A stretch of 64,000 nucleotides of DNA from positions 3,596,001-3,660,000 of the forward strand of contig OU015566.1 of the NCBI GenBank assembly GCA_907165135.1, written 5' to 3'. Position numbers and translations under genes: made by a program. The notes under the pieces were generated by a model that had not been told where the DNA came from, did no database searches, and saw only the letters and a list, made by a program, of their open reading frames with translations. Below, piece after piece: positions 46,241 through 59,249 of the stretch (positions are counted from its first letter, which is position 1; every line of letters begins with the position of its first letter). The DNA comes from Oikopleura dioica. Taxonomy: Eukaryota; Animalia; Chordata.

Positions 46241-49199
46241 TGATAAGTTTTTTCTGCAAAAAATTTGAAAAAAATTCCTTTTTATAGGTGATCTTTCAGA
46301 TCTTGATTCGGGATTTCTACAAAGGTTGCCGAGCCAAGGCCCTAAATACATGGTCAATTCAGTAAAACATCGACACTGTCAAAGTGGCAGAGAGTTAATA
46401 AGGGTCCAGGTGACCGAGATAGGAAGCGATCGCGGGGACGGGCCACTGTCACAATGCTTCACTCTGATAAGAAGAAAGGGACTTCACGGCCACCTGCCCG
46501 AGCTCGCGCAGAAGCGATTGCATAATGACCTCCTTATCGGCCCTTTTCTTGCTTAAAGTTTCGCGGGGAATTTTATTCAAGAAATAACTGCCATCAAGAA
46601 AGAATTATGGCCATAGTTTCTGACTTCGCTGCATTTCCGAGTGGCCGGAAACGCGTTACGAAGCGGGATTATCATTTAAACAGAAAGAGACAAGAAGGAT
46701 TAAGGGTGTAGCACTCGATTTGCTGAAAAGACACAGCTTAAAGCTAGTAAATTACTATATTGATAAATTGATAATTATTTCGCGCGATGAAGAATTGAGT
46801 AATCTGAAATCCCTGATTTCGACATGTCCCAAAACCAAAACCACTAATCAACTAGTATTTTCGCTAATTAGCAGTTCTGAACATAAATGCGTTGGTTTAT
46901 CTGTTGTGAGCAAATAAACGACTCATCTTCTTGGTATATTCGCCAGGCGTCACCTTGTTTGTAGCAAAACTTTTTCACTAGAAGTACGTAACTAACTGCT
47001 TAGAAATTTGGAAAATTAGGCAAATCCGCGTCAAGAAAATACTTTTACGAATTTTTTCTTTAAATTTGGTTAGAAAATTTTTTCGTCAATTTTTGTCTCA
47101 AATTTTTTTTTCAATTTTTTTTTCAAAATTTTCAGACGAAAATAAATGGAAAAAACTGTCACGTGGTCAAAAGCCACTGTAAATTTCGTTTCGAGAAAAC
47201 CCCAAAAAATTACATGGATACTCGTTTTTTGTGGTTTTGAATTTAATCATCTCGGTTTCAAAAAGTAAATTCTACAAAATCCTGTTAAAAAACGACGATA
47301 AGTAATATCTACGGTTGAACGTAACTTGAGGAAGTGAAAATGTGTAAACGGCGATTTCGTTTGATTAGATATTATGTAACCTAGCTGTGTTAGGATCATA
47401 GAAAGCAGCGCGTATTTGGTACTAAACTCGCCGTATCACTTGCTTCCCGATGCATATGCAAAAATAAAATGTGCGCAACACTTTGGATTACAGATTTGCT
47501 TTGCATTTTAATCGATAGGTCATTCGCTTCCGCGATATTCAGGAAATTAAGTGTAATGAATAAATTTGTAAAAAGAAAAATAAACAAAAAATGCTTTTTA
47601 TAAGTCGAAAATGGTGTGAAAATCGAAGAAATGATTGTTATTTCATTTTTTGTAGATGGTTGGATAATTTTTAATTGAAAACTGGGCGGCGATGAAAACT
47701 AAAACAAGGCCACGGTGGCGGACTAATATTTTGAGTCCAGCGCATTCTCAACCTCGCCACTCATTATTGCGGTCGGCAAGGTGACGCTCAAGAATTTACC
47801 TTTTACTTATTTTTATCAAAAATGACGACTATTTTTGCTAAAAATAATTTTATAAAATTTTTTTTAAAATTGATGTTTAATTAAAAAAACATATTAAATT
47901 TTCATTTTAATTAAAATATTTTTTTATTAAAAAATTTGTTTAAAGATAATTAAAATAAAAATAAAATATTCTTTTCTTTGATATTCAAAAACTAATCTGT
48001 TTTATTTCAGTTAAAAATTCGCAACGAAAAAAAGAACGTGACCGCTGTTTCCAACAATTTTCGCCCGCTGCCAAACCAAGCGTCTCCAAATCTCCGGCAA
48101 AGCCACGTGAGTAAAATCATTACAATCCTTTTATCTTTAGTTCCACAATCTTCTTCTCTATCGCGAAAAGCCAATTATCCGCTGCCCAAAGAACTGCCAA
48201 TAATTTCGTCAGCGAAGAACAAAAAATAGGTAAGCTTTCCAAAGTGATTTTTTCAAGATGAAAATCTGAAGAACGGGAAAATTAAGGGTATCAACAATGA
48301 TTTCAATTATATCATTTAAGGGCGTCCTCAAATGATTAAGAATATCAAAGAGCGACTTGAATTGATTAAACTGAATTGAAAAATTCTGGAAAAATAGTTT
48401 CAAAAAATCAAAAATCTTAAATGAGAATTTCTGTCGGAAATTGTCAAAATAACATTCCGCTTAGCGGAAATGGCGACACGCGTAGGGTTTGAAGGAGAGT
48501 CGGAAATGGCGCAGAAGATGTTCTACATTCTAATAGGAAATTATCATAGTAGAATCAACCGTTCAGAACAGTTTTATCGAATTCGCCTTAGAAAATTATT
48601 CACCGTTTTTTTCGCATAAAATCGCAAAAAATAGGCTCTAACGAAAAATCGCTGTTTATTGGCCGGAGAGCTAAATTAAGGCTTCTTATTGGCTGAAATT
48701 TTTCTTGAGAATATTTTTTTATAAAATGTTTTTACGGTAAAATGAACTTTTTCTGGGTCATTGAAGAAGGAAATATTATTTTCTACTTGTTTAATTATTT
48801 TTAATCATTTATAAAAACGTGTTAACAAGAAGCTTCTTTTGAAGATCCTTTAATATTCAGTCAATTATCGATCCATAAAAACTATGTTAAAATCGACTCG
48901 TTCTGAATCAAAAAGTACAGAAACAAAAATAAAGTAAAAAGCTGGTCGTCTGATTTTTTTCTCGGGAGTCAGGTGCACTCTTCCTGAACATGTCCCAGAG
49001 CGTGTCACTTTGCGGCGAGAAAAAATTACCAGTTGCAGCTTCGATTTCGCAAATCTAAAACTGCTCATCTTTTTCGTCATTTTAATTTTCAGTTCAATCT
49101 TTTTCAAATTAATTTCCCACGGCCGAATGCGTCAAATTTTCTTTTTGGAAAAAAATATCCAAAATGAGCTCGGCAACCTGTGCGAAAACCGGAGTCTGG

Positions 49200-50640
49200 A
49201 AGATCTCCAATTTAAAGCCGCAACGCGGCTCTTTTAAAAAAAGTAGCCGCGGAGCGGCTTCAACAGTATTCGCAAAAGGATTGAAAAAACCTGACTCAGA
49301 CCCTGACTCAGGTTTTCTACACAGGTTGCCGAGTTCATCATTTCAAAAAAATTGGTGGTCAATTCGAAGATCATGCAATTTGAAATGTCTCAATAATTGG
49401 CCCTCGCCTCGGAAAAACGTCGTCGCTGGCCACAAATGTTCATCCCAAAAGTGCATTTCTGGCGGTTACCCTCTCAGCGTTCAAATAATTTTAAGCTTTT
49501 TAAAATTCTTCTGCATTAGAAATTCAGCTAATCGGATTGCGCGCTCAGAAGCTTGTTTGTCTTGTTGAGCATTTCGACCACGTTGACACTTGTCGAAAAA
49601 AAGGGATGAAAATAAGTGACGATCAAGAAAGACCACTAAATGGACCAATAAAAGCGCTAAAAACGCGTCTAACCCTAATCCTAACTCAGGAGGCCAAGCT
49701 TTGCTACCTGAGTCAGGTTTTTGAATTGACTTCAAAGAAAGCCGCGTAGCGGCTTTTTTAGAAACGAAGCCGCTTTACATTTATTTGAAGCTCATTTTTA
49801 AATTCGGGGAAGCCGCTGCGCGGCTTTGTTTCTAGAAAAGCCGCTGCGCGGCTTTCATTAAAGTCCTTTCAAAAACCTGACTCAGGTATCCAAGATCGGT
49901 TTCCTTTTTTCTGCGAAAAATAATAACTCCTCCGTGGTGGAAAAATCCGGTTTTGTATAGCGGGGAAAATGTGACACTAATGAAGTTGCGTCTCGAATAA
50001 CCGACCAGTTCAATTTGCGGTTCTGCGACGGGCCACATGCCAGTTTCGAAAACCGCTGATTTTAACGCTGATTTTAATATAAAAACTTAAGATTTTAATT
50101 TATTCAGAATTCTTAAAGACCCGCGCGGAATTGGCGGGAAAATTATTGTCGAGTGAAAACGAAAGAAAAAGAATAAGGGAGAATAATGCGGGCTAATCCA
50201 CTTGAATCGCGCATTTCCCTCGCGCTCCAAAAAGAAAGGGATTCAACTGAACGCCACCATCAGCCATCGAGAGCGGCTTTAAAAGTTGAGCAAGGGCCCA
50301 CTCGAGTTTCTTTTCTTTCATCCATTATTTCTTCAATTATTCGCTGTCGTCTGTTGTTTCAAATCTAAAAAACCATAATTTTTTAAGTCAGCAGGAAATT
50401 TGTTTTTTGTGTAGAAAACTTTAGTCAGGCTCTGAAGAGCTGAAGTTTAAAGCCGCGTAGCGGCTTTTTCAAAAATGAAGCCGCGACGCGGCTTCGCGAC
50501 TATCGCAATAATTTTCTGTTTTTCATTTTTCGTAAAGCCGCTTTGCGGCTTCGTTTTAAAAAAAAGCCGCTACGCGGCTTTTCATTTTATCTCTTCAAAC
50601 CCTGACTCAGGTTATCTACACAGGTTGCCGAGCCCAGCTC
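49200..50640. repeat. Cluster of AAGCCGC-N3-GCGGCTT palindromes and CCTGACTCAGG MITE ends
   Basis: Multiple hairpin motifs at about 49740, 49810-49855 and 50450-50580, interleaved with CCTGA(C/G)TCAGG. Confidence 0.7.
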
Positions 50641-51107
50641 TTTTTTTCAAAAGGAACCTGCTCACGTTATCTCATGATCGTCGAATTAAATTATACACGT
50701 GTCTTCGGACATCCTTTTCAGAAGCAAAAGAACTTGTGTCCCGCTAAAATTAGGTTCTAAAGCGAGCTCCCTAAAAACGTGTCGCGCCAGTTGTGTTTAA
50801 TTGTTTTTATTACGTCTTACGGTGGATAATCACATTTGCGAATTGAGGGAAAATAAGCGAAGCTTTCACGCCTGCAAATTGCGAAAGGGTTGATTTTCGA
50901 TTGGTGCAAATCATGTTACAGAAATTATTAAAACAAATTACTCTCTGAAAGGAGCACTTTGCTCTTAATTATTTAATAATTACCAGTAATAATGTTGTCA
51001 TCGGAAATATTTTACACAATATTTACAAAGGTCATTATAAAAGAGACTCCCTTATTTTATCTCTGATGTAAATTAAAGGCCTGGCAACTCGAATCGAAAA
51101 AAAAATT

Positions 51108-51247
51108 CTGAGACATTCAGGACATTCACAGACATTTACAGACATTTACAGACATTCACAGACATTCGGAGACATTTGGAGACATTTGGGGACACTCGGG
51201 ACACTCGGGACATTCAGAGACATTCGTAGACATTCGAGGACATTCGT
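51108..51247 (+). repeat. 10-bp-period (AGACATT) minisatellite
   Basis: Units gacattcaca, gacatttaca, gacattcgga and similar. Confidence 0.85.
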
Positions 51248-53644
51248 TCGACAATATTTTTTTCTGAAATTTGATTGGCCTGCCTGCCGAATACCGGTAA
51301 TTACCGGTACAGAAATATGATGGGTCAAATTCAAGTCTGAAGCGTTTTTTCTTCAAAATGGTTATGTATGTTTGTCACCAATTGAAGATAAAAACGAAAT
51401 GAGTTGAATTTTAAAATGCTCGACAAGCGACATGTAAGCGATAAAGTTACCACGTCGGTAACACGGCCTTATCACTGATAAAGACGTTCTCTTGTTAGAA
51501 CGTGCTGGCAACAAATTAAACGTTCTGTTGTCACTTTCTCATTTCGTCGTTTTTCCGTTTTGTTTTTCGGAAGAATTGCTTTTAGACAGTCGCTGGAATC
51601 TGGCTGATTTGGGGCTTCGTAAAGAGTGGTCGAGATATTTGAGTAGCTCCCGTGGGGAAATTCTTTCTGACAATAAAGAAGGGGATGATTAGCGAGTGAT
51701 GAGAAAGCGGGGAATGTAAGCGGATTCGGTTGAACGACGGAAACGGCCAATTATTGCCACTAGGTTAAAAAACGGTACTGCCACTTTGTTGCAAATTCAA
51801 CTCCGGGGTTCGAAGAGTTTTCAGTTCAATGAACTTTTTTTTTCAAATTTTTTCTAGGATTTCGATCTTTAAATAAATCAAAAAAAAATTATAGAAAAAA
51901 TTCTAAAAAAATAAAAAAAAAAATTTAGAAAAAATTCTAAAAAAAAAAAAAATTTAACTTCAAAAATTTTTAAAATTAAAGAAAAATTTTATTCAAAAAT
52001 CAAAAATAAAAATCAAATTCGTTTAACAATCATGAATTATAACTACAGTTTATTTTAAAATATTGAATTCGCCAGAACAGACCACGCCCATCGGAAAAAA
52101 GTCCCTAAGTCCGGATTTTTCCTGCTGGGATGAGCATAAACGAATGTTTATCTAAGTGATCTAAAAATATCAAGAAGGCGAAAGGAACTCGGAAGTTTGT
52201 CTAACAACAGAATCAATCACGGGCTTGAGGTTTTCTAAAGCAGCTAAGATAGGCAAAGAAAAACAAGAAATCGACGATAGTGAAAATATCTAGCGCTGAG
52301 ATTTTTTAGTCTTAGCCAGACTTGAGAAAACTCAGCTTCAAATAATAATATGCGACTCAGATTTTTCGTCAAAAAATCTCTATCAAAAGAGCCTTATTTT
52401 ACTCAAACTTGATAAATTCAATCGTCAATGAATTCATTTATCACAAAATTATCTTCAGACCGCCTTCTGAAAAATAACCCATTCTGACAAATGACTCCCA
52501 GTCGATCCCTTTCCAATACTTTCATCCTCTCTTTCTCCCTCAAACCAAATTTTGCTCCGGCGATATTTACCGATTTGAAATTTTCCAACCCTTGCAAATA
52601 TTTGCTCCCTCTTCTCCTGCTGCTGATGCTGGTGGCGATATTTATACGAGGCCCCATATAATATCGGAGTCGATATTTGAAAGTGCGTCTGTGTGTTTAT
52701 CGATTTAATTTGGCCCCGTCCTCGGAGAGCAGCTAATTTGGCGAGAAGTCGGAGAATCAGAGGTGTCAAAAAGGTTAAACAACAGAAAGAAAATAGAGAG
52801 AGAAAGTAAGAAAAAAGGGATTTTGGAAGATTTTGGTGAGTTTTTTCAAAAAACCATAATTTTTGAATTTTCTTGTTCTTTCTCATATTTTTTAAACTTT
52901 TACATGTCGAGACCCTAGATATAAAAATCAGATGTCTAAACGCAAAAAAACCTCTATTCATTCATTAAAATGATTTTGATTACAAAAAAATAAAAGGTCG
53001 AAAACCTGAGAATTTCAGAAAAAGCGGATTTATTAATCTTTTAGAAAAAAAGATGAAAAGAAACGTATTTTCGTTATTTAGAAAGAAATAATGAGCACTG
53101 TCATTTTCGTTCGAAAGTAACAATTAACGACCGCGAATAAGATGTAATCATCAGATTGAAGCGGCCCAGTGCTCGTAATTTTCGCGAGCTATGAGCATTT
53201 TCGAGGTCGACTGGTTAAAGACCCAGATCATGTGCATTTTGTCCGTTTCTTCGAAAAAAGGTTTCGGTGGAGAAAAATTTTGAGGTCGAAAAAAATCGGG
53301 TTTATTCATTTCCGCCAAATCTTTGGAATTCCGAATTCGTTTTTTGCGGAGTCGAGAACGCCCGGTTCAATCAGTTTGGGAATGGGCTTTCTGGTCAGGC
53401 AAAAATAGGGATTGCGGCGCGCCACCGGCCGTGAAGGTCATGTGACCGAGCAAGGACACGTTTGAAGAGGCAAATTCGATTCTGTGGCTACTAATTATTC
53501 AAAAGCCATTGCGTGAGCACTTCAGACGCTGACGCACCCCCGTTCCTCTAAGCATACATAAGTCAGGGGATGGGTTAATAATTGAGACGCGTTTTGAAAA
53601 AATGATGATTCATTCGAAAATTAAATAAGATATTCTTGGGCTCA

Positions 53645-53925
53645 GAAACCTGTGTAAAAACCTGAGTCACATTCTAGAGGGCTCAAATAAAAAGCCGCCT
53701 AGCGGCTTCTTTAAGAATAAAGCCGCTTTGCGGCTTTTCATTTGAGCCCTCTAGAACCTGACTCAGGTTTTTTACAAAGGTTTCTGATCCCTAAAAAACC
53801 TGAGTCAGGTTCTAGAGGGCAACAATGAAAAGCCGCAAAGCGGCTCTATTCTTAAAGAAGCCGCTACGCGACTTTTTATTTGAGTCCTCTAGAATCTGAC
53901 TCAGGTTTTTCACACAGGTTTTCGA
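53645..53925. mobile_element. Two inverted copies of a palindromic MITE of about 135 bp
   Basis: Each copy reads AAACCTGAGTCA..CTAGAGG..[two GCCGC-N3-GCGGC hairpins]..CCTCTAGA..TGACTCAGGTTT. Confidence 0.75.
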
Positions 53926-56900
53926 GCCGAGGAAATACTATTTAAAAAAATTTGTTGTCCTAAATTTCTCCCGAAAAAAAAAGCAAAAAGTTCAGACCTC
54001 AAAAATTAAAAATAAAACCGCGGAAGCTGGAAATTGGGGTGGTTAATTAGTCGACTTTGTAAAAATGCATTTTATGGTATGTTCCCAGCGCCCGGGCGTT
54101 CTGACAGAGTACCGTTGGCTTTCCAGACCAAGTATTTTCGAGTCGAGGAATTTCTGAGCTGGAAGTTCCTTTGGTCGATTAACTCAATTCAAGCCGGAGC
54201 GTTTTTCGACTGAATTTTGAATACGGGCGTTGTTTATTGTTGCTAAACGGAAAATTAAATTTCCGGATCTGCGGATGGCTTAAATTGCATATTATCGAAG
54301 AGCTAGAAAATGGACATCATCTTTTTTCCTCGATTTTTTTTCGCGTCAAGTTCTTTTTAGAACTGTTTGTTTAATCCGTTCTTTCTAAAGTATTTTGCTA
54401 ATGAGCTTGAAATCACGCGCTGGCGTGAAATTTTGCTCCTGCTCAAGTCGCTCGGGCCCATCTGGGAATTAAGAATGCAAAATATCGATTCAGTAAAATT
54501 GAGGTCACTGACTGACCGAAGATAATTTTATCGAATCCGCCCGAAACCGTGGAAAATAATATCCAAAGAGAGAAATTTTGGCTTCTAAAATATCAAACGC
54601 TGATCGAATTTGAGTCAAAAAGGTGCTTCAAAATACAGTTTCTTTGGAAAGAAAGGCAGTTGTATTGATCTACCGGTAGATGAGGAGGTTTTGTTAATTT
54701 AAAATATTTTGGTTTCATACTTTGAGTATTTTGAGGATGCTAACACGTAGTTCCGCGTAGCCCAGCTATTTTCATGGTTGTTCTATTTCTGGATTCGTTT
54801 CCAATTTTGATAGAGAAGAATGATAATGGACAAAAACAAAGTTTATTTGGGAGAATTATTTTTCGGAAACTGTCAATAAAACAATCGCTAACTTCGAAGA
54901 TTGGGAGAATCTTGGATCGGCAATTTCTGTAGAAAACATAACTCAAGGTCTCGAAAAGAGCTTCCTGAGTCAGGAATCCTGATTTAGGTTTTCTGCATGA
55001 ATTGCCGATATCAAGGGGCCATCCTTCGGGACAGGTTCAACCAATTAATGAAAGTGATTTTATGTATCAGGGTTTTGCTTGGCCGGTAGGCGCAATACAG
55101 CGATCTTATTGGTTATCCGAAAATGCACTTCCATATATTAGTTAAGTCCTTCGGGCCCACCCTAATCTCAACCCTAACCCTGACGCTCCAAGGAAATTCC
55201 TTTTGCATAACCCTAACCGTAGCCCTAACCCTAACCCCAAATTCTAGAAAAATCGGTTGCCTCGAAGGGTAGCAATTCTCATCGCTCAGATCTGATGAAA
55301 ATAATCTCGATATAATCAAGCTGGAATTATACAGTAACTATCGCCCCTCTCAGCCAGTGCCCATTGATGATCGCCCCAGGGGCCATCCCAATTTCAAGTT
55401 TTCTTCTTTTTCAATTTATATTTTTTCAATCAAGCGCTCAAAATAGAGAGTAATCACCATTTCGTTTTTTTCAAAAGATTCGTGTTTAGAGAAGCAGCGA
55501 GAATAAAGAAGAATGCTCCGGAAGGATTTAATCGTCAAGATTTTTCTTCTAGCGAAGCTGGGAAACGCGCAAAGTGGAGATTTTCAAGGTAAGTGTTCAC
55601 CTGATGACTTTAGAAAATTGCGAGCTCTCGAGGAGAAGAGCTAGCTCAAGAAAATACGATAACGTAACACCACGAGCACTTTTTAAACAAACACAAATTG
55701 ACGGCTTTAGTTCACGATAAAATGCACTTGACTTTCTAACTTAGCAATTTTCAAGATCTCAGAGATCCGAAAAAACTTCACTCAGGTTCCTGTTTTAAAA
55801 ACCTGAGTCAGGATTTTCTACAAATTATTTTGAAAGTGACGATTTTAAAACGAAATCGCCTAAATATTCCATCTTTTTTGAATTTTATTTTTTCAGGGCC
55901 CTGACTCAGGAATTCAACACAGGTTCTGGATTCCTGAGTATTGAAAAAATCTGAGATGGTAAGTTTGGCGAAGCCGAATCGCGGCTTTATTGAAAAAAAA
56001 GCCGCGTTGTTAAAACATTTTCAGAACCCTGACTCAGGTTTTTACACAGGTTCCTGTGCTTGGGAAAATTTTATCAGAAGCTTTATTTTTGAAGAAAACA
56101 GCTGTTTTTCGCTTTATCCCTGCTTCTGTCCCTCAATTACGGAACAAAAGAAGAGTCCTCATTTTTTTCTTTTTCATTTTCTGCCAATTTCAAACTCGAC
56201 TTCAAATTATTCTTCGCGTTGAATTTACCGCATTTTCTCGTCAGAAGTTCACGGTTCGCTTGTCCGTTGAGCCCGTTAAATCGCTCAGATTGAAATAATT
56301 AGCTCATTTTGAGTCTTTCAAGTGTCCCGTGGTAATTGAGGAGAGATATCAGATATTTTGAGAAAAGGGGAGGGAGAAAGATTTGCAAATACACGTAAGA
56401 ATAGGTATTAATTCGCAAAAAAAAAGCTCAATCAACAAATATATTTTCTCATTTACGCGGAAAATTTGGGCATTTTTATTTTTTCAATTTTTTAATAAAA
56501 ATACTTTCTGAATTTTAAATTTTTTCCTATGAAAAATTAAATGAGCAATCCAGCTTTCTTCTGATAAAAATTAAGGGTGTCAACTTGTTATTTCTTTTGT
56601 AAAAATCTCAACCCGCCCTCATTTTTCGCTTTTCAATTTTCAACCCCTCTTTTCCTAAAAGCCGAGCGATCAAATTAAAACCGGATCATCTCCGGATCCT
56701 TTCGAGGAATCGCAGGAAAAATTGATGCTTTATTAAGACGAGACGATCTTCGACAATATCGAGGTGGATTACAAAGGCGACACCTTCAACACACAAAGGC
56801 TCGGATCGACAAAAACTAAACATGCGCCCCAATTTTTAGCCCCGCGCTGACATGAGTGATAGACACGACCGTCATAAATTTTTACTTTCTTTTCACAGCT

Positions 56901-57099
56901 CGCAGTGAAATTTTTGGACATTGAAAAAGAGAAAAAATTTTTAAGAAATATTTTTCATTCCTGCTTCAAAAATCCGCGATTCGGTCAAAAAATGGAACAA
57001 AAAAATTAAAAAATTATTTTTGAATGAATTTTTATCTTTTAAAAAAATTACCCTAACCCTTAAAATTTTCAAAAAAAAATTTTTTGATCCAATAAAAAG

Positions 57100-57442
57100 A
57101 TCTTCGTCGAAAAACATCTTTCCTGAAAGCTCCTCTCCTGAAGTTACAGAAGAAATTTCAGAGCTAACTGAAACGATTATTTTAACAGAAGAATCTTCAT
57201 CGGGCGTCGAGGTCTTCGACAAAATCATCAAAATCGAAGAAACGAGTGCAATCATGGAAGAGAGCTCCTTGGAACGAGAGCCAAACGAAATGCTCGTGAT
57301 CGGCCTGGGAGTGGGAATTGCAGCGCTTATGCTTTGTTTGATGCTGATTGGAGCCTGTGTGTATATTAGAAAGGTAACAGTAGCTAAGAACAAAAACGGG
57401 GCTCGTAATCGGCTTAATGATGCAGCAGTAACAATTTCGTGA
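57100..57442 (+). CDS. Last exon of a type-I membrane protein (Ser/Thr/Glu-rich stalk, TM, short tail)
   Basis: PESSSPEVTEEISELTE..., then LVIGLGVGIAALMLCLMLIGACVYI, then RK. Upstream exons not resolved. Confidence 0.55.
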
Positions 57443-57597
57443 GTGACGCTAATTGCGCCTCTTGAAGATAACAAAAGGGATTCAAAAACCCAAAGCGAGA
57501 AATCTTTTCGAAGATTCGGGAAAAAATCGCGTTAATTTTCGGAGAATCAAGGTTCCTTTCGAGAATCAAGAACTCACGTAAAAGAACAAGGACTTTA

Positions 57598-58355
57598 GGC
57601 TATAACCTCTCTTTTGGCCTCTTCGGAAAACCGACTTCCCTTGGTCGATTTCAAAAATTAAAAAGGCTCATATACTCAAAATCTATCGCAGATTTCAGAA
57701 ATGCGATCAAAAATTATTTTTCTTTCGAAATTTTGAGTTTACGATCATTCAAAAACGCCATTCGGTTTTCCGAAGAATTTTACCATTACAGAGGTAGATT
57801 TTTTCGATCAATTAATACATTAAAGCCTTCTCTACAATCCTCACGGAGAAAATCTTCGATATCTCCTCAAATTTTCATTCTAGGGCCATGTTAGTGCTGG
57901 CACTTGAGGTTAAAAATGCGCGTGGACGCGCTGAGCGGAGTGCTATCCTCCAGGCCAGAAAGAGAGCGCTGTTGGCGAGCGTGTGAGTCAAGCGATTCAT
58001 CGCGCTGTGATTGGCTGTGCGGATCTCAAGCGTCAGTCTATAAACAAAAGAGTTTTAAAAGAAGAGAGAACTATAATCATAATTTGGACAATTCTTTGAA
58101 ATTTTTCGGTAGGAATCATAGAATATGCTCTATTCAATATTATTATCGGGTTAATTCTACCTCAGAACTTCCAGTTTTCTCGGAAAACCGAATGGCGATT
58201 TTTAAATGATTCTAGAGCAAAAAATTACCAAAGAAAAGTATTTTTGATGGCATTTTTGAATTCTTTAGGGGAAAACAAATATGTTCGCTTTTAAATTTTT
58301 GAAATGGATCAAGGGAAGTCCGTTTTCCAGAGCGGCCAAAAGAGAGGTTATAGCC
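57598..58355. mobile_element. MITE with imperfect TIRs of about 65 bp
   Basis: GGCTATAACCTCTCTTTTGGCC... mirrored at both ends, with TTTA at 57594-57597 and 58356-58359. Confidence 0.75.
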
Positions 58356-59249
58356 TTTAATTAACGAAAAATTCGCCCAATCAGGTTTTTCTTTTCATTT
58401 TTTCAGAAATTCAGCGGTTTTTGAAGAAGAGCAGAGCTAAGATAGTGACACCCTTATTTCAAATAAGTTATTTGACCTTAAATTTAGATGAAAATTTGAG
58501 TTTTGTTTCGATGGAAAAATAAGGGTATCACTATCTTAAAATTTTTTATCAAAAACTTTCTAAATCTGAGATTTGACAAAATAAGGGTATCACTTTCTTA
58601 ATTAAAAAACTTTCTTTTTTCCCTAAGAATTTATTTCACCTGTATTTCGAAAAAACCGCCAAGAACTTGAGCACTCTTTTTATCATTTCGCAGCGGGGAT
58701 CAAAGCAGCGCCAGCGCGAATATTATCACGGCGCCACATTCTGTAGCTTAGTTTTGAATTTCACGGGGAGGCGATAAGCGCGAAGAAGGGACTTTTAGGA
58801 GGTTTTTAAAAACCGAGTCAGCGGGGCGCCGAAATACCATAGAGTTGAGCTCTAAGTGGAGAAAGCCCCCGGGTCCCCTTTCCCGTTTCCCGCGCAGATC
58901 ACTTGCGGGGAAGTCTAGAAATTTTCCTTAGCGCGTGGTGGGCGCTTCAGAAGAATCTCGAAACTCATTTCTGCGGAAATGAAGGGATTCAGCCAATCAA
59001 AGAATCGAGAAGGCGAAGTCCAGGTTTTGGCGCTGAATTAGGCGCGCTCCACATTGAGCGACGCTCAGGGCCAGCGTCGCTCAGATTCTCCTATCTCCAC
59101 TTAGAGCTCAACTCCATGGTATGATTTATCGGCAGGGCAGGAGCTCAAGGATCAGATTATTGTTTTAAACGATGTTCTTTGAGCATCTGAGCCCAGAAAT
59201 TTAGCGTTTAGAGATGATGCATTCAGCCTATTTTTCTAAAATATATTCA

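Noticed and set aside
46300-55400. Scattered short ORFs (e.g. 48010-48229, 51472-51750, 52418-52961)
   Set aside because: Some are splice-site bounded, but they could not be assembled into a consistent gene and carry no recognisable domain.
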